Position numbers and translations under genes: made by a program. From Nitrosopumilus sp. (lineage in GTDB: Archaea; Thermoproteota; Nitrososphaeria; Nitrososphaerales; Nitrosopumilaceae), in NCBI GenBank assembly GCA_003702495.1, contig REGH01000002.1:4917-68916 (forward strand): DNA of 64,000 nucleotides, given 5' to 3'. The notes below the pieces were generated by a model. That model was not told the origin of the DNA and did no database searches. It was given only the letters and a program-made list of their open reading frames with translations. Below are positions 20,177 to 29,008 of this stretch, in pieces. Within the stretch, counting starts at the first letter, position 1. Each line of letters opens with the position of its first letter.

Positions 20177-20460
20177 ATGTGAGCTGGAGCACGACACGCT
20201 GCTACGGCAGAGGAAACTCCTCCCTCCATACAGGATATGTGATCTGGAGATAGATAATCAGAGATGATTGGCAACGGAGCAGAAAAAAATCCAATATGGC
20301 GCACAGTGATGGTGAAAACCTGAGGTTTCCATAAAAGGAATGAAAAAGACGACCCACATGGAGCAAAGCCAAACAGAACTTTAAGTTCCTGTACTAAGTT
20401 CAGGTAGGCTGCAAAGCGAAATATCGTGAAAACAGAAGGAGGGTTACTCCCAGCACACAT
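20177..20460 (+). ncRNA. rnpB: RNase P RNA (archaeal type A-like)
   Basis: Conserved GAGGAAACTCC (CR-I), GGCAACGG..CAGAAA, TGAAA, GAGCAAAGCCAAA and AACAGAAGGAGGGTTA (CR-V); P1 ATGTGAGCTGGAG pairs with CTCCCAGCACACAT; followed by a T-run. Confidence 0.93.
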
Positions 20461-20534
20461 TTTTTCATTTTAGAGTATTAAGTTGAAAAAGAAAATAATC
20501 ATTTGTAAAAACTAGAAAAGATTTTGTGCAAAAA

Positions 20535-21911
20535 TTAACTCATTGAGTTGACTTGTTCTTTACAAATATCGGCATTACAATGGCATGTTGCATCACACAA
20601 ACATGCACCCTGCATTGCACAATCACATTCTGAACCCATTTCAGCAGATGCTGCACATCCACATGCTGCTTCTTCTACGGATGCAGGAGTTGCTTCTGGT
20701 TGTGGGGGAGGACTTTGAGTTGTGTTTGAAGAGTCCTCATAGTAACTTCTTGTTTGTTGGTAATCAGTACCGTCAGCTAGTTGTGCTTCACCTCTGTTGG
20801 TTTGGTAACCACCTGATGAGGCACTGGTTTGGTAACCTACCAATCTGTTTGGATCAATACCTTGTTGACCAGTTTTCTCATTCTTGAGAGCACGGTTACT
20901 AATCATAAAGAATGCACCACCAGCAATACCTGCAATGGCTGCCATTCCATAGATAATCATGACAGGGAAATCACCTGTTGAGGTAGTAGCATAGTCTTCT
21001 GGAGGAGTTGGAGTTACACCAGCAATTTCAACACCATCAAAAATATCTAAAGCGCCGAATCCAATTGCATACAAGTTACCTTGGTCTGAAGATTGAACAC
21101 TTCTAACAATGTAAAGTTGATCTGCCATTACTTCGGCTTCAAAGATTCTTTCTACTTGTCTTCCTTCTCTAATACTGCTTTCACCCATAGTCCAACTGGA
21201 GACAACATATCCAGCAATCTCGTCACTTAGACCAAATGTTCCAGCGTCAACGTTAATGCCAGTTGGGTCAAACAAGAAGTGCCAGTTTGTCAGTGGTTGT
21301 TCTAAGATAAAGTTAGCATCAATAAGATTTCTTTCTAAAACAGTTTCAGCTTCAGTTCCTACAAAGAATGCTGCAGCTTCTGGTTCTTCACTAAGTAAAA
21401 TGTTAATTGGGTAATTGAGTTCATAACCATCGATTACGACATCTCCAGTTGTAGATAATCCTCTCCATCCTAAATCAACCAGTGTTTTTTGAGAGTCAGA
21501 AGTAATAACATAGTTTGAAAGTTCTCCTTCAATAATTACTCTGTAATCAACAGAGGTGTTGATAGTTCTTGCTTTAAGGTGAATATCATAAGAAACGTTC
21601 AAGTCAGTGATTTGGGCTTGACTACCATCAGATCTGATTTTTTTATTAAGTTGGTCCATTAAATCCTGAACACCAGGATTAGAGGAATCAGCAGATCCTA
21701 TAACAGACCATTCCTTACCTTGTAAGGTATCAAAGAGTTGTCCACCGTTTGGATACTCTATGAATACTGTCTTTTGGTAATTCATCTTAAATGGTGATGA
21801 CTCATTATTTGGATTAATTCTTGCATCCATTTGGGCACCAAAAACTGAACCAGTAGAACCTACTACAATAAGACCAGCAAGTAATACGGTTAAAACGACT
21901 GCCCTAGACAC
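20535..21911 (-). CDS. Secreted/membrane-anchored hypothetical protein with C-terminal Cys-rich (metallothionein-like) tail
   Basis: Signal peptide, large acidic ectodomain, one TM (IIYGMAAIAGIAGGAFFMI), then CGC..CDC..CLC..CHC..C. Confidence 0.85.
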   Translation of the reverse strand: MSRAVVLTVLLAGLIVVGSTGSVFGAQMDARINPNNESSPFKMNYQKTVFIEYPNGGQLFDTLQGKEWSVIGSADSSNPGVQDLMDQLNKKIRSDGSQAQITDLNVSYDIHLKARTINTSVDYRVIIEGELSNYVITSDSQKTLVDLGWRGLSTTGDVVIDGYELNYPINILLSEEPEAAAFFVGTEAETVLERNLIDANFILEQPLTNWHFLFDPTGINVDAGTFGLSDEIAGYVVSSWTMGESSIREGRQVERIFEAEVMADQLYIVRSVQSSDQGNLYAIGFGALDIFDGVEIAGVTPTPPEDYATTSTGDFPVMIIYGMAAIAGIAGGAFFMISNRALKNEKTGQQGIDPNRLVGYQTSASSGGYQTNRGEAQLADGTDYQQTRSYYEDSSNTTQSPPPQPEATPASVEEAACGCAASAEMGSECDCAMQGACLCDATCHCNADICKEQVNSMS

Positions 21912-22026
21912 GATCTAGGAAACAGACATTTGTGGTAATAAACTTATCCAACACATTGATCGCAATTTTTTGAAAAAGTAATATGGAGTGAACGTTACAG
22001 ACTTTGCAGTTTTAGGAGAAAATGAT

Positions 22027-22947
22027 ATGATTACAGTTTTAGCAGGAGGAACGGGTTCAGTCAAACTAGTTAGAGGATTAGTTTCTCAAGAGTCCAAAGT
22101 CAATGTAGTGAGTAATGTGGGAGACAATTATTGGTTGTATGGACTCTATGTATGCCCAGATATCGATACAATTGTTTACGGACTAGCAGATTTACTAGAT
22201 CCAGAAAAAGGTTGGGGAATCAAGAAAGATACTTTCAACTTTTTGCGTCAAATGGAGGTATTTGGAGAAGAGACATGGTTTAGAGTTGGAGACAGAGATG
22301 CAGCAACCCATCTAATTAGAACAAACATGTTAAAGAATGGAAAGAATCTCAGCGATATTACAAAATGGATGTGTGAGAAATTTGCAGTTAGTGCAAATAT
22401 CATTCCAGTAACAGACAATAGTATTGAAACAAGAATTATCACAGATAAAGGAGAATTACATTTACAAGAATATTGGGTGAAGCATAGAGGAAAAGACCCA
22501 GTAGAAGGAATCCAGTATATTGGAGCAGATAAAGCCCGTCCAAATCCTGAAGCAGTGAATGCAATTCACGATGCAGACATGGTGATTTTAGCTCCAGGTA
22601 ACCCACTAACATCAATTGGTCCAATGCTTCAGATTAAAGGGATTAGAAAAGAACTATCTAAAATAAAGAAAAAAGTTGTAGCTATAAGTCCATTAATTGG
22701 AGACAATGCAATTAGCGGTCCTGCTGCAAAATACATGCAAGCTGCAGGCATAGAATCAAACGCATATGGATTAGCAAAGATGTATTCAGATGTATGTTCA
22801 AACATCATAATAGATACTAAAGATAGAATGCTCTCAAAGAAGATTCAGAGTTTGGACATGAAAGTTTTTGAAACTAAAATCACTATGAAAAATAAACTCG
22901 CCGAAGATGCATTAGCAAATTTCATTCTAAAACAAGTACACGTTTAA
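22027..22947 (+). CDS. cofD: 2-phospho-L-lactate transferase (F420 biosynthesis)
   Basis: MITVLAGGTGS, CPDIDT, GDRDAATH, APGNPLTSIGP; ATG at 22027. Confidence 0.95.
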   Translation: MITVLAGGTGSVKLVRGLVSQESKVNVVSNVGDNYWLYGLYVCPDIDTIVYGLADLLDPEKGWGIKKDTFNFLRQMEVFGEETWFRVGDRDAATHLIRTNMLKNGKNLSDITKWMCEKFAVSANIIPVTDNSIETRIITDKGELHLQEYWVKHRGKDPVEGIQYIGADKARPNPEAVNAIHDADMVILAPGNPLTSIGPMLQIKGIRKELSKIKKKVVAISPLIGDNAISGPAAKYMQAAGIESNAYGLAKMYSDVCSNIIIDTKDRMLSKKIQSLDMKVFETKITMKNKLAEDALANFILKQVHV

Positions 22948-22948
22948 T

Positions 22949-23587
22949 TTGAAAATAGCCGCAATAATTCCTGTAAAGACTTTCTCGAATGCAAAAACTC
23001 GTCTAGATTTACCTCCAAAGAAAATTGAAGATTTGTGTAAAGTAATGTTAGAAGAAATTCTTCAGACTGTTTCAATTTCCCCACAAATCGACAAAGTTGT
23101 CATGGTTACAAAAGAACAAAAGGCAATAGAGATAGGGGAAAAATTTAACACCCATACCATCATTGATGAGAAAGAGGAAAGTGTCAATGGAGCAGTTGCA
23201 CTTGCAGACAAGTATTTGTTAGAAAATGGTTTTGATGCATCAATTGTTTTTCCCCAAGATATTCCATACATCAAAACTCAAGATATCGACTTTATGCTTA
23301 ACTACAAGATGCATCCCAACTTTGCAATAATTGTCCCATCAAGAAGATTTGATGGAACCAATGCATTAGTGCGAATGCCAATTGATTTGATGGAAACTCA
23401 TTATGATGAAGACAGCTACAAGATTCACATGAGTACTGCAAAAGAGCACACACTAAATGTTGCAATGGTTTTTGTTAAAAGAATAATGTGGGATGTAGAT
23501 AATGCTGAAGATTTGAAATTCCTACTGGAGCAAAAAGAGAAGCCATACATTGCAGAAAAAATTAAACATATTTTAGAATCACAGTAA
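22949..23587 (+). CDS. cofC: 2-phospho-L-lactate guanylyltransferase
   Basis: IIPVK..AKTRL, DGTNAL, DVDNAEDL; 1-nt gap after cofD. Confidence 0.93.
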   Translation: MKIAAIIPVKTFSNAKTRLDLPPKKIEDLCKVMLEEILQTVSISPQIDKVVMVTKEQKAIEIGEKFNTHTIIDEKEESVNGAVALADKYLLENGFDASIVFPQDIPYIKTQDIDFMLNYKMHPNFAIIVPSRRFDGTNALVRMPIDLMETHYDEDSYKIHMSTAKEHTLNVAMVFVKRIMWDVDNAEDLKFLLEQKEKPYIAEKIKHILESQ

Positions 23588-23706
23588 GAAAATTAAAAAA
23601 ATACTCAAAAAATAACCATATTTTGGCTACGATCATCAACAGACTTATAAGTAATGATTCAGTAAATTTTAAATATTATCATAAAAGGTTTTGGGAGATA
23701 TAAGAA

Positions 23707-24615
23707 ATGGTTAAAACAGTAAATCCAAAAGACAGATGTCCAAGATGTGGAAAGGGCACACTAGTAACTGATGCAAACACTGGTGAGAATTTTTGTGGCA
23801 AGTGTGGATTTGTAATTACTGATAAGGTTGAAGAGTCAGGCCCAGAATGGAGATCCTTTTCAAACGAAGGTGAAAACAAAAGCAGAGCAGGAGTTCCTAC
23901 ATCACTTGCAATGCACGATATGGGATTAGCTACTGTGATCAATCCTCAAAATAGAGATGCAACCGGAAAACCATTAACAGCCTCGATGAAAAGCACCATT
24001 GAGAGATTAAGAACATGGGACAGTAGAAGTCAGGTCCACGAACCAGTTGATAGAAATTTTAGACAAGCATTTAGTGAATTAGATAGACTCAAAGACAAAT
24101 TAGCAGTAGGTGATGCAGTTATTGAAAAGGCAGCTTACATTTACAGAAAAGCATTAGAGAAAGGACTAGTTAGAGGACGTTCCATTTCAGCATTGATTGC
24201 ATCAGCACTTTATGCTGCATGTCGAGACACAGAAACTCCAAGAACTCTAAAAGATATTGGACAAGCAAGTAACATTAAAAGAAAAGATATTGCAAGATGT
24301 TACAGATTATTATTAAGAGAATTAAATTTGAAAATGCCAGTTGTAGACCCCATCAAATGTATTTCAAGAATTGCAAGTAAAGCTGGACTTTCAGAGAAAA
24401 CAAAAAGAAAAGCAACAAAGATTTTGCAAACTGCAGAAGAAAATAAAATTTCAGCAGGAAAAGACCCAATGGGATTAGCTGCTGCTGCACTCTATGTTGC
24501 ATGTGTAACAAATGGGGAAAACAAAACACAACGAGATGTAGCAGAGGCTGCAGGAGTCACAGAAGTTACCATTAGAAATAGGTACAAAGGTCTTAAAGTA
24601 GCCTTAAACCTCTAG
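23707..24615 (+). CDS. tfb: Transcription initiation factor IIB
   Basis: Zn ribbon CPRC/CGKCG, GPEWRSF B-reader, two cyclin repeats, GVTEVTIRNRYK. Confidence 0.97.
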   Translation: MVKTVNPKDRCPRCGKGTLVTDANTGENFCGKCGFVITDKVEESGPEWRSFSNEGENKSRAGVPTSLAMHDMGLATVINPQNRDATGKPLTASMKSTIERLRTWDSRSQVHEPVDRNFRQAFSELDRLKDKLAVGDAVIEKAAYIYRKALEKGLVRGRSISALIASALYAACRDTETPRTLKDIGQASNIKRKDIARCYRLLLRELNLKMPVVDPIKCISRIASKAGLSEKTKRKATKILQTAEENKISAGKDPMGLAAAALYVACVTNGENKTQRDVAEAAGVTEVTIRNRYKGLKVALNL

Positions 24616-25593
24616 AGAAGATTCCCTTTTAGAACAATACCTATGCAAAAACAACATTCCGACAGACAAGACACCAGATGCCAAAAGTAGTAATTCTAAT
24701 GTAGACATCAAGGAATGATTGAATGCGTTTTCAATTGAAATTGAATTTATCTGAGAGATAAAAGTTGCATAAGAGAAGATGAAGTAGTTTGTTGCCCAGT
24801 GAATTAACAAAGATGCTACAAATCCAAATCTAAGATAGACCCATCCTAGAATAATTCCACCTGCTGTTGCTTGAGCAAATTTGCCTTCACTCCAAGATTC
24901 TGCAAATGCAATATGGGCAAACCCAAATAATACTCCCACGAATGCAATTAAGAAAATTGCTTTTTTAGAATCATAAATTTCAAGATTTCTAGGAGACCAC
25001 AAGCATTTGAAGAAGTATTTTACTGAAGTTCGTCTAGAATATAGGGCAAACAGTGGCATTCCAATCAGAATCAATCTAAATCCAATTTCCTCAATCAACG
25101 GTGCAAGCGACACATAGAAGAATTGTATCAAATCATTATCATCGAGTGGAGGAACGGTAACAATTCCAAACTGTTCTTGTACAAAGTTGATGAGTACAGA
25201 AACTAAAACTAAAATAGATAACCATTTTGTGACACCGACCATATAGTTTGATGTGACATCATATTTTCCAAAAGATATGATAGATGTAAATGATTTTAAG
25301 AATCCAGTTTTAGGGCCCAAGATTCCAATTGCAAACAACACAACATAAAAAATCCACAGACCAACAAAAACATCGCCTACACTAACATCAGATGCAGTCT
25401 GATATACAGAAGTTCCTTCAAATAATTCTAAATGAGTAATAGGAAAGTCATAATTGATATCGCCACCAATATTACTTTCAAAAATTACAAAGATGCCCAT
25501 GGGAAAGGAGACTAGAAGTAATCCAAAGATTACAGAAAGTAATGCAGTGAAGGGAATACCAACAGCTTGGAGTAGTTTATTTTGATTTTGCAA
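24604..25593 (-). CDS. CPBP-family intramembrane metalloprotease (CAAX/Abi-like)
   Basis: APLIEEIGFR, LFGFAH, LLIHWATN motifs. Confidence 0.87.
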   Translation of the reverse strand: MQNQNKLLQAVGIPFTALLSVIFGLLLVSFPMGIFVIFESNIGGDINYDFPITHLELFEGTSVYQTASDVSVGDVFVGLWIFYVVLFAIGILGPKTGFLKSFTSIISFGKYDVTSNYMVGVTKWLSILVLVSVLINFVQEQFGIVTVPPLDDNDLIQFFYVSLAPLIEEIGFRLILIGMPLFALYSRRTSVKYFFKCLWSPRNLEIYDSKKAIFLIAFVGVLFGFAHIAFAESWSEGKFAQATAGGIILGWVYLRFGFVASLLIHWATNYFIFSYATFISQINSISIENAFNHSLMSTLELLLLASGVLSVGMLFLHRYCSKRESSLEV

Positions 25594-25599
25594 TTTGCT

Positions 25600-25908
25600 T
25601 TAGTGTAACTCTATGCTTTCTTCAGCAAAACCTAATCCAGTGAGAGTATCTTTGATGGTGTCACGATGATCACCTTGTAAGAAAATGTAACCCTCCTTGG
25701 CAGTTCCACCACAGGCATATTTGCTTTTGAGTTCTTTTGCAACAGTTTCTAAATTATTTAGTTTAGGATCAAGTCCTTCAATCATAGTACCTTTTTTCTT
25801 AAAACGTCTTGTCTCTAATCGAATTATAATTTTGGTGCTATCTTTGGCAAGTTCACCGCATGCACACAAGTCTTCTGGAAGACCACAAGTATTACAAATT
25901 ACTGCCAT
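25600..25908 (-). CDS. sui1: Translation initiation factor SUI1 / aIF1
   Basis: LKSKYACGGT, LQGDHR, N-terminal CxxC...CxC. Confidence 0.93.
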   Translation of the reverse strand: MAVICNTCGLPEDLCACGELAKDSTKIIIRLETRRFKKKGTMIEGLDPKLNNLETVAKELKSKYACGGTAKEGYIFLQGDHRDTIKDTLTGLGFAEESIELH

Positions 25909-26010
25909 TCGTTCGAAATCAATTCAATTATACGCACTATTAAGCCTTGTTTGAAATGGTACATTTTAGAAAATAATGAGATTTTTTAGATAGAAAATCC
26001 AAGAGAAATA

Positions 26011-26340
26011 GTGTCAAAAGATCTCACAAAAAAAGCAGCAGATATGTTACTACAAGGGGCAACATTACTGAGTGAACCATGTCCATATTGTAAAGGCGTA
26101 AGAGTGATGAAAGACGGTCATGCATTATGCATAAGTTGTGGTCGAGAGCCTGAGAAAAAAGAGGTCCCAGTAGTTGATCAAAAAGAGATCAAATCAGCAT
26201 TATCTGAAACATTAGAGAAAAAACTTACAGTGTTATCGAAAGAACTTGAAGAAGAGAAAGATCACACAAAGCAGCAAGAGATACTAAATTCAATTAATTC
26301 ACTGTTAGAGGCAATGGATAAGATCAAAAATAAACAATAA
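26011..26340 (+). CDS. Autoantigen p27 (SSSCA1)-domain zinc-ribbon protein
   Basis: LLQGATLLSEPCPYCKG...CISC then C-terminal coiled coil. Confidence 0.85.
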   Translation: MSKDLTKKAADMLLQGATLLSEPCPYCKGVRVMKDGHALCISCGREPEKKEVPVVDQKEIKSALSETLEKKLTVLSKELEEEKDHTKQQEILNSINSLLEAMDKIKNKQ

Positions 26341-26375
26341 AGTTTTTATGTCAAAATCCTTGCTTTCGAGTTATA

Positions 26376-26540
26376 ATGGCAGATAAGAAATCAGCACCAC
26401 TTCCAGCATCAAGTGGAGGTCTCATGAGATTCTTTGAGGATGAGACAAAAGGATTCAAGATAGATCCAAGAATAGTAGTATCAATTCCTATTAGTTTAAT
26501 CTCTATTTCATGGGCAATCGATATCTTTTTAGCTCCCTGA
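26376..26540 (+). CDS. secG: Preprotein translocase subunit Sec61beta (54 aa; not in the ORF track)
   Basis: Hand translation MADKKSAPLPASSGGLMRFFEDETKGFKIDPRIVVSIPISLISISWAIDIFLAP; GGLMRFF..E...IDP is the Sec61beta signature. Confidence 0.92.
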   Translation: MADKKSAPLPASSGGLMRFFEDETKGFKIDPRIVVSIPISLISISWAIDIFLAP

Positions 26541-26547
26541 ATAAGAA

Positions 26548-28293
26548 ATGGAAAAAGAATCAGACGATGTATCAAATATTCACAATAGGTTTTCCCTTAC
26601 CCTAGTCAATCCATCATCTCATTACTTTTCACTAGTAGTATCATTAGGGGTCGCCACAATAATTTCACTGGCAACACTTTTGGGATATTTTGGGAAAAGT
26701 ATTGAAGATATATGGTATGTGATACCAGCCGTAGTTTCAGTATTATTCATAACACAATTGATTGATACGAGATTCACAAAGAAAAAAGAATACTCAAAAT
26801 CATTACACTCTTCATTATTTGCAAACATGTTATGGGCTGCAACTGTATTGTTAGGACTACTAGCAAGCTTTGTTCTAGTCAAAGATACATCATTGTTCTT
26901 TGTAACATTTGGAATGTTCCTCTTCGCAAGTTTTAGAATTGGGATTTACACTACAACGCTTGGAGTAAGCCTCAAAAAAGCATGGGCAATCTGCTTTGTC
27001 CAACCATTAGCAATGTTTGCAGTTTTAGTTCCGCAAGATTTGTGGATCCCAATGCTCAGTGACCCGATGACATTGTTTTATGGAATTTCATTTATGATAA
27101 TTGCAAGTGTGTGGTCAGTTCTAACCGATAGAGCAGGAAGACCAGGAATGGAAAGCACTCACAAAACAATTCAAGCATATCTTGCATCACAGAAAAATGA
27201 TCATACAGAAGCAGAAGAAATAATGGAGCAGCGTTCTAGTGAAACTAGAGTATCAACATCACAGATTAGATTATCAGCCAATAATGGAGGAAAAGAATTC
27301 AGAATGGTTTTACCTGAAATTCACCCAGGTCCATATCATCCAGTAGGTGGAAGTAATATTCCATATCTGATTTACAAGAATTTATCATCATCAGCAATGG
27401 TAATGCACAGCATTTCAGATCATGCATTAAACCTACCATCAAAAAACGAAGTTGAGAATTATCTAAAAAATCTTGAAAATAGTAAAGTCAGAGAAGAAGG
27501 TTTGCAATGTACAGAGCCAGTAACTGTTCAAATCAATAAGGCAAGAGTGATAGGACTACTATTTGGAAAGAATCCACTACTATTCTTGTCATTATCCCCA
27601 CATGGAATGGAAGACATTCCAAATTACATGAAAAATGACATTGAACAATATGCAAATAATAGAAATTATTCAAAACCGCTAATTGTTGATTGTCATAATG
27701 CAATGGGAGAAGAAATTTCAAATGAAGACGGTGAAGACATGCTCAAAGCTGCAAAATCCTGTCTAGATACTCTAATTACAAAAGACGTATTCCCAATTGA
27801 ATTTGGATATGCAAATTCAGATGACATGGATGTATGGACAGAAGATTTGGGAATGGGGGGATTAGGAATAGTTTGTCTCAAAATTAATGATAAAAAGTAC
27901 TTTCTTGGATGGGCAGACGCAAACAACATGGAAAACGGAGTTAGAGAAAAAATCATTGAGGGATTTACAAGAAAAGGGATGCAATTACTTGAGATTTGTA
28001 CATCGGACACGCATTATGCCCCAGTTAAAGCTAGAAACAGAAACGGATACTATCAACTAGGACTAATCACTAGTGCAGAAAAACTTGCAAAATGGTATTT
28101 AGAGATTGCAAGTGCTGCAGAGTCAAACACTACTACGGCAAAATTCGAAATCTTAGAAAATGAGACAGAGGTTAAAGTGATGGGACAGGGAATCTACGAA
28201 GATTATTCAAAGGCATTAGATAATTCATTAAAAATTACCAAAGGATTTCTAATTGGAGGAGTAATATTCTTCATAACTAGTCTCTTTCTATAG
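26548..28293 (+). CDS. DUF2070-family membrane protein
   Basis: N-terminal multi-TM region; IHPGP, MHSISDH, DCHNA, DANN, TSDTH motifs. Confidence 0.85.
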   Translation: MEKESDDVSNIHNRFSLTLVNPSSHYFSLVVSLGVATIISLATLLGYFGKSIEDIWYVIPAVVSVLFITQLIDTRFTKKKEYSKSLHSSLFANMLWAATVLLGLLASFVLVKDTSLFFVTFGMFLFASFRIGIYTTTLGVSLKKAWAICFVQPLAMFAVLVPQDLWIPMLSDPMTLFYGISFMIIASVWSVLTDRAGRPGMESTHKTIQAYLASQKNDHTEAEEIMEQRSSETRVSTSQIRLSANNGGKEFRMVLPEIHPGPYHPVGGSNIPYLIYKNLSSSAMVMHSISDHALNLPSKNEVENYLKNLENSKVREEGLQCTEPVTVQINKARVIGLLFGKNPLLFLSLSPHGMEDIPNYMKNDIEQYANNRNYSKPLIVDCHNAMGEEISNEDGEDMLKAAKSCLDTLITKDVFPIEFGYANSDDMDVWTEDLGMGGLGIVCLKINDKKYFLGWADANNMENGVREKIIEGFTRKGMQLLEICTSDTHYAPVKARNRNGYYQLGLITSAEKLAKWYLEIASAAESNTTTAKFEILENETEVKVMGQGIYEDYSKALDNSLKITKGFLIGGVIFFITSLFL

Positions 28294-28912
28294 TTTTCAT
28301 CTGATCAATGTTTCCATAAAATTCATCTACAAATGATGAAAACTGAAAGATTGGTACAATAGGCACATTTTCAATAAAATCAACTTTATCCTGATATAAT
28401 GTGACTATAACAGGCACAGCCACTGCACCTTCAGTCTTTGTAACATATTGTCTAGTTCTCTCAATTTGCTTTTTGACAACAGATGATAGAGAAGACACAC
28501 TGTAACGCTTCCAGTGTTTACAATCAATTAACATTGCAACGCCTAAACGAATTCCAACAACATCTATTTCCATTCGAGGTTTAGTTAAAATCATGTTTTT
28601 CATTACAGCAAAATTTTTTGAGGAAAGTATTTCTGCAGTTAATCCTTCAAAGTCTTTCCAATCCAAAGCAATTGCGATTTCATCTATTGGAAACCCTTTA
28701 TCAAGTAGAGAAGTTGCAATCTTTAGTTTATCACCGTCTTCAAAATAATAGAAATTATCTTGTTTTGTTCCAATTTGACTTTTGATAAATTCATCTAGAA
28801 TAGACTTTGATTCAGTTTCATTCATGTTAGTAACTACAGAAAAATCTTTTACAGAAACACCGCCAGGAATAATTCCTTTTAGACCAGTAATCATTTTTTG
28901 ACTTGTTTTCAA
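28277..28912 (-). CDS. Restriction-endonuclease-like (Mrr-type PD-(D/E)xK) domain protein
   Basis: WKDFEGLTAEIL, EIDVVG, IDCKHW. Confidence 0.7.
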   Translation of the reverse strand: MKTSQKMITGLKGIIPGGVSVKDFSVVTNMNETESKSILDEFIKSQIGTKQDNFYYFEDGDKLKIATSLLDKGFPIDEIAIALDWKDFEGLTAEILSSKNFAVMKNMILTKPRMEIDVVGIRLGVAMLIDCKHWKRYSVSSLSSVVKKQIERTRQYVTKTEGAVAVPVIVTLYQDKVDFIENVPIVPIFQFSSFVDEFYGNIDQMKTIERD

Positions 28913-29008
28913 TTAAATTTCATCAATCATGAAAGGAATTTAGGTTTTAGGAAAAAAGAACTGGTTATTACGATATAGGTTTTATTATGAGCCTCTTAAA
29001 TTAACGGT

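Noticed and set aside
20164-20460. 98-aa minus-strand ORF in the track
   Set aside because: It is the antisense shadow of the RNase P RNA, whose conserved regions are all on the + strand
26351-26575. 74-aa minus-strand ORF in the track
   Set aside because: Shadow of the genuine + strand Sec61beta gene (26376-26540)
28277-28912. Restriction-modification or defence island
   Set aside because: No methyltransferase, specificity subunit or mobile genes nearby; flanks are housekeeping
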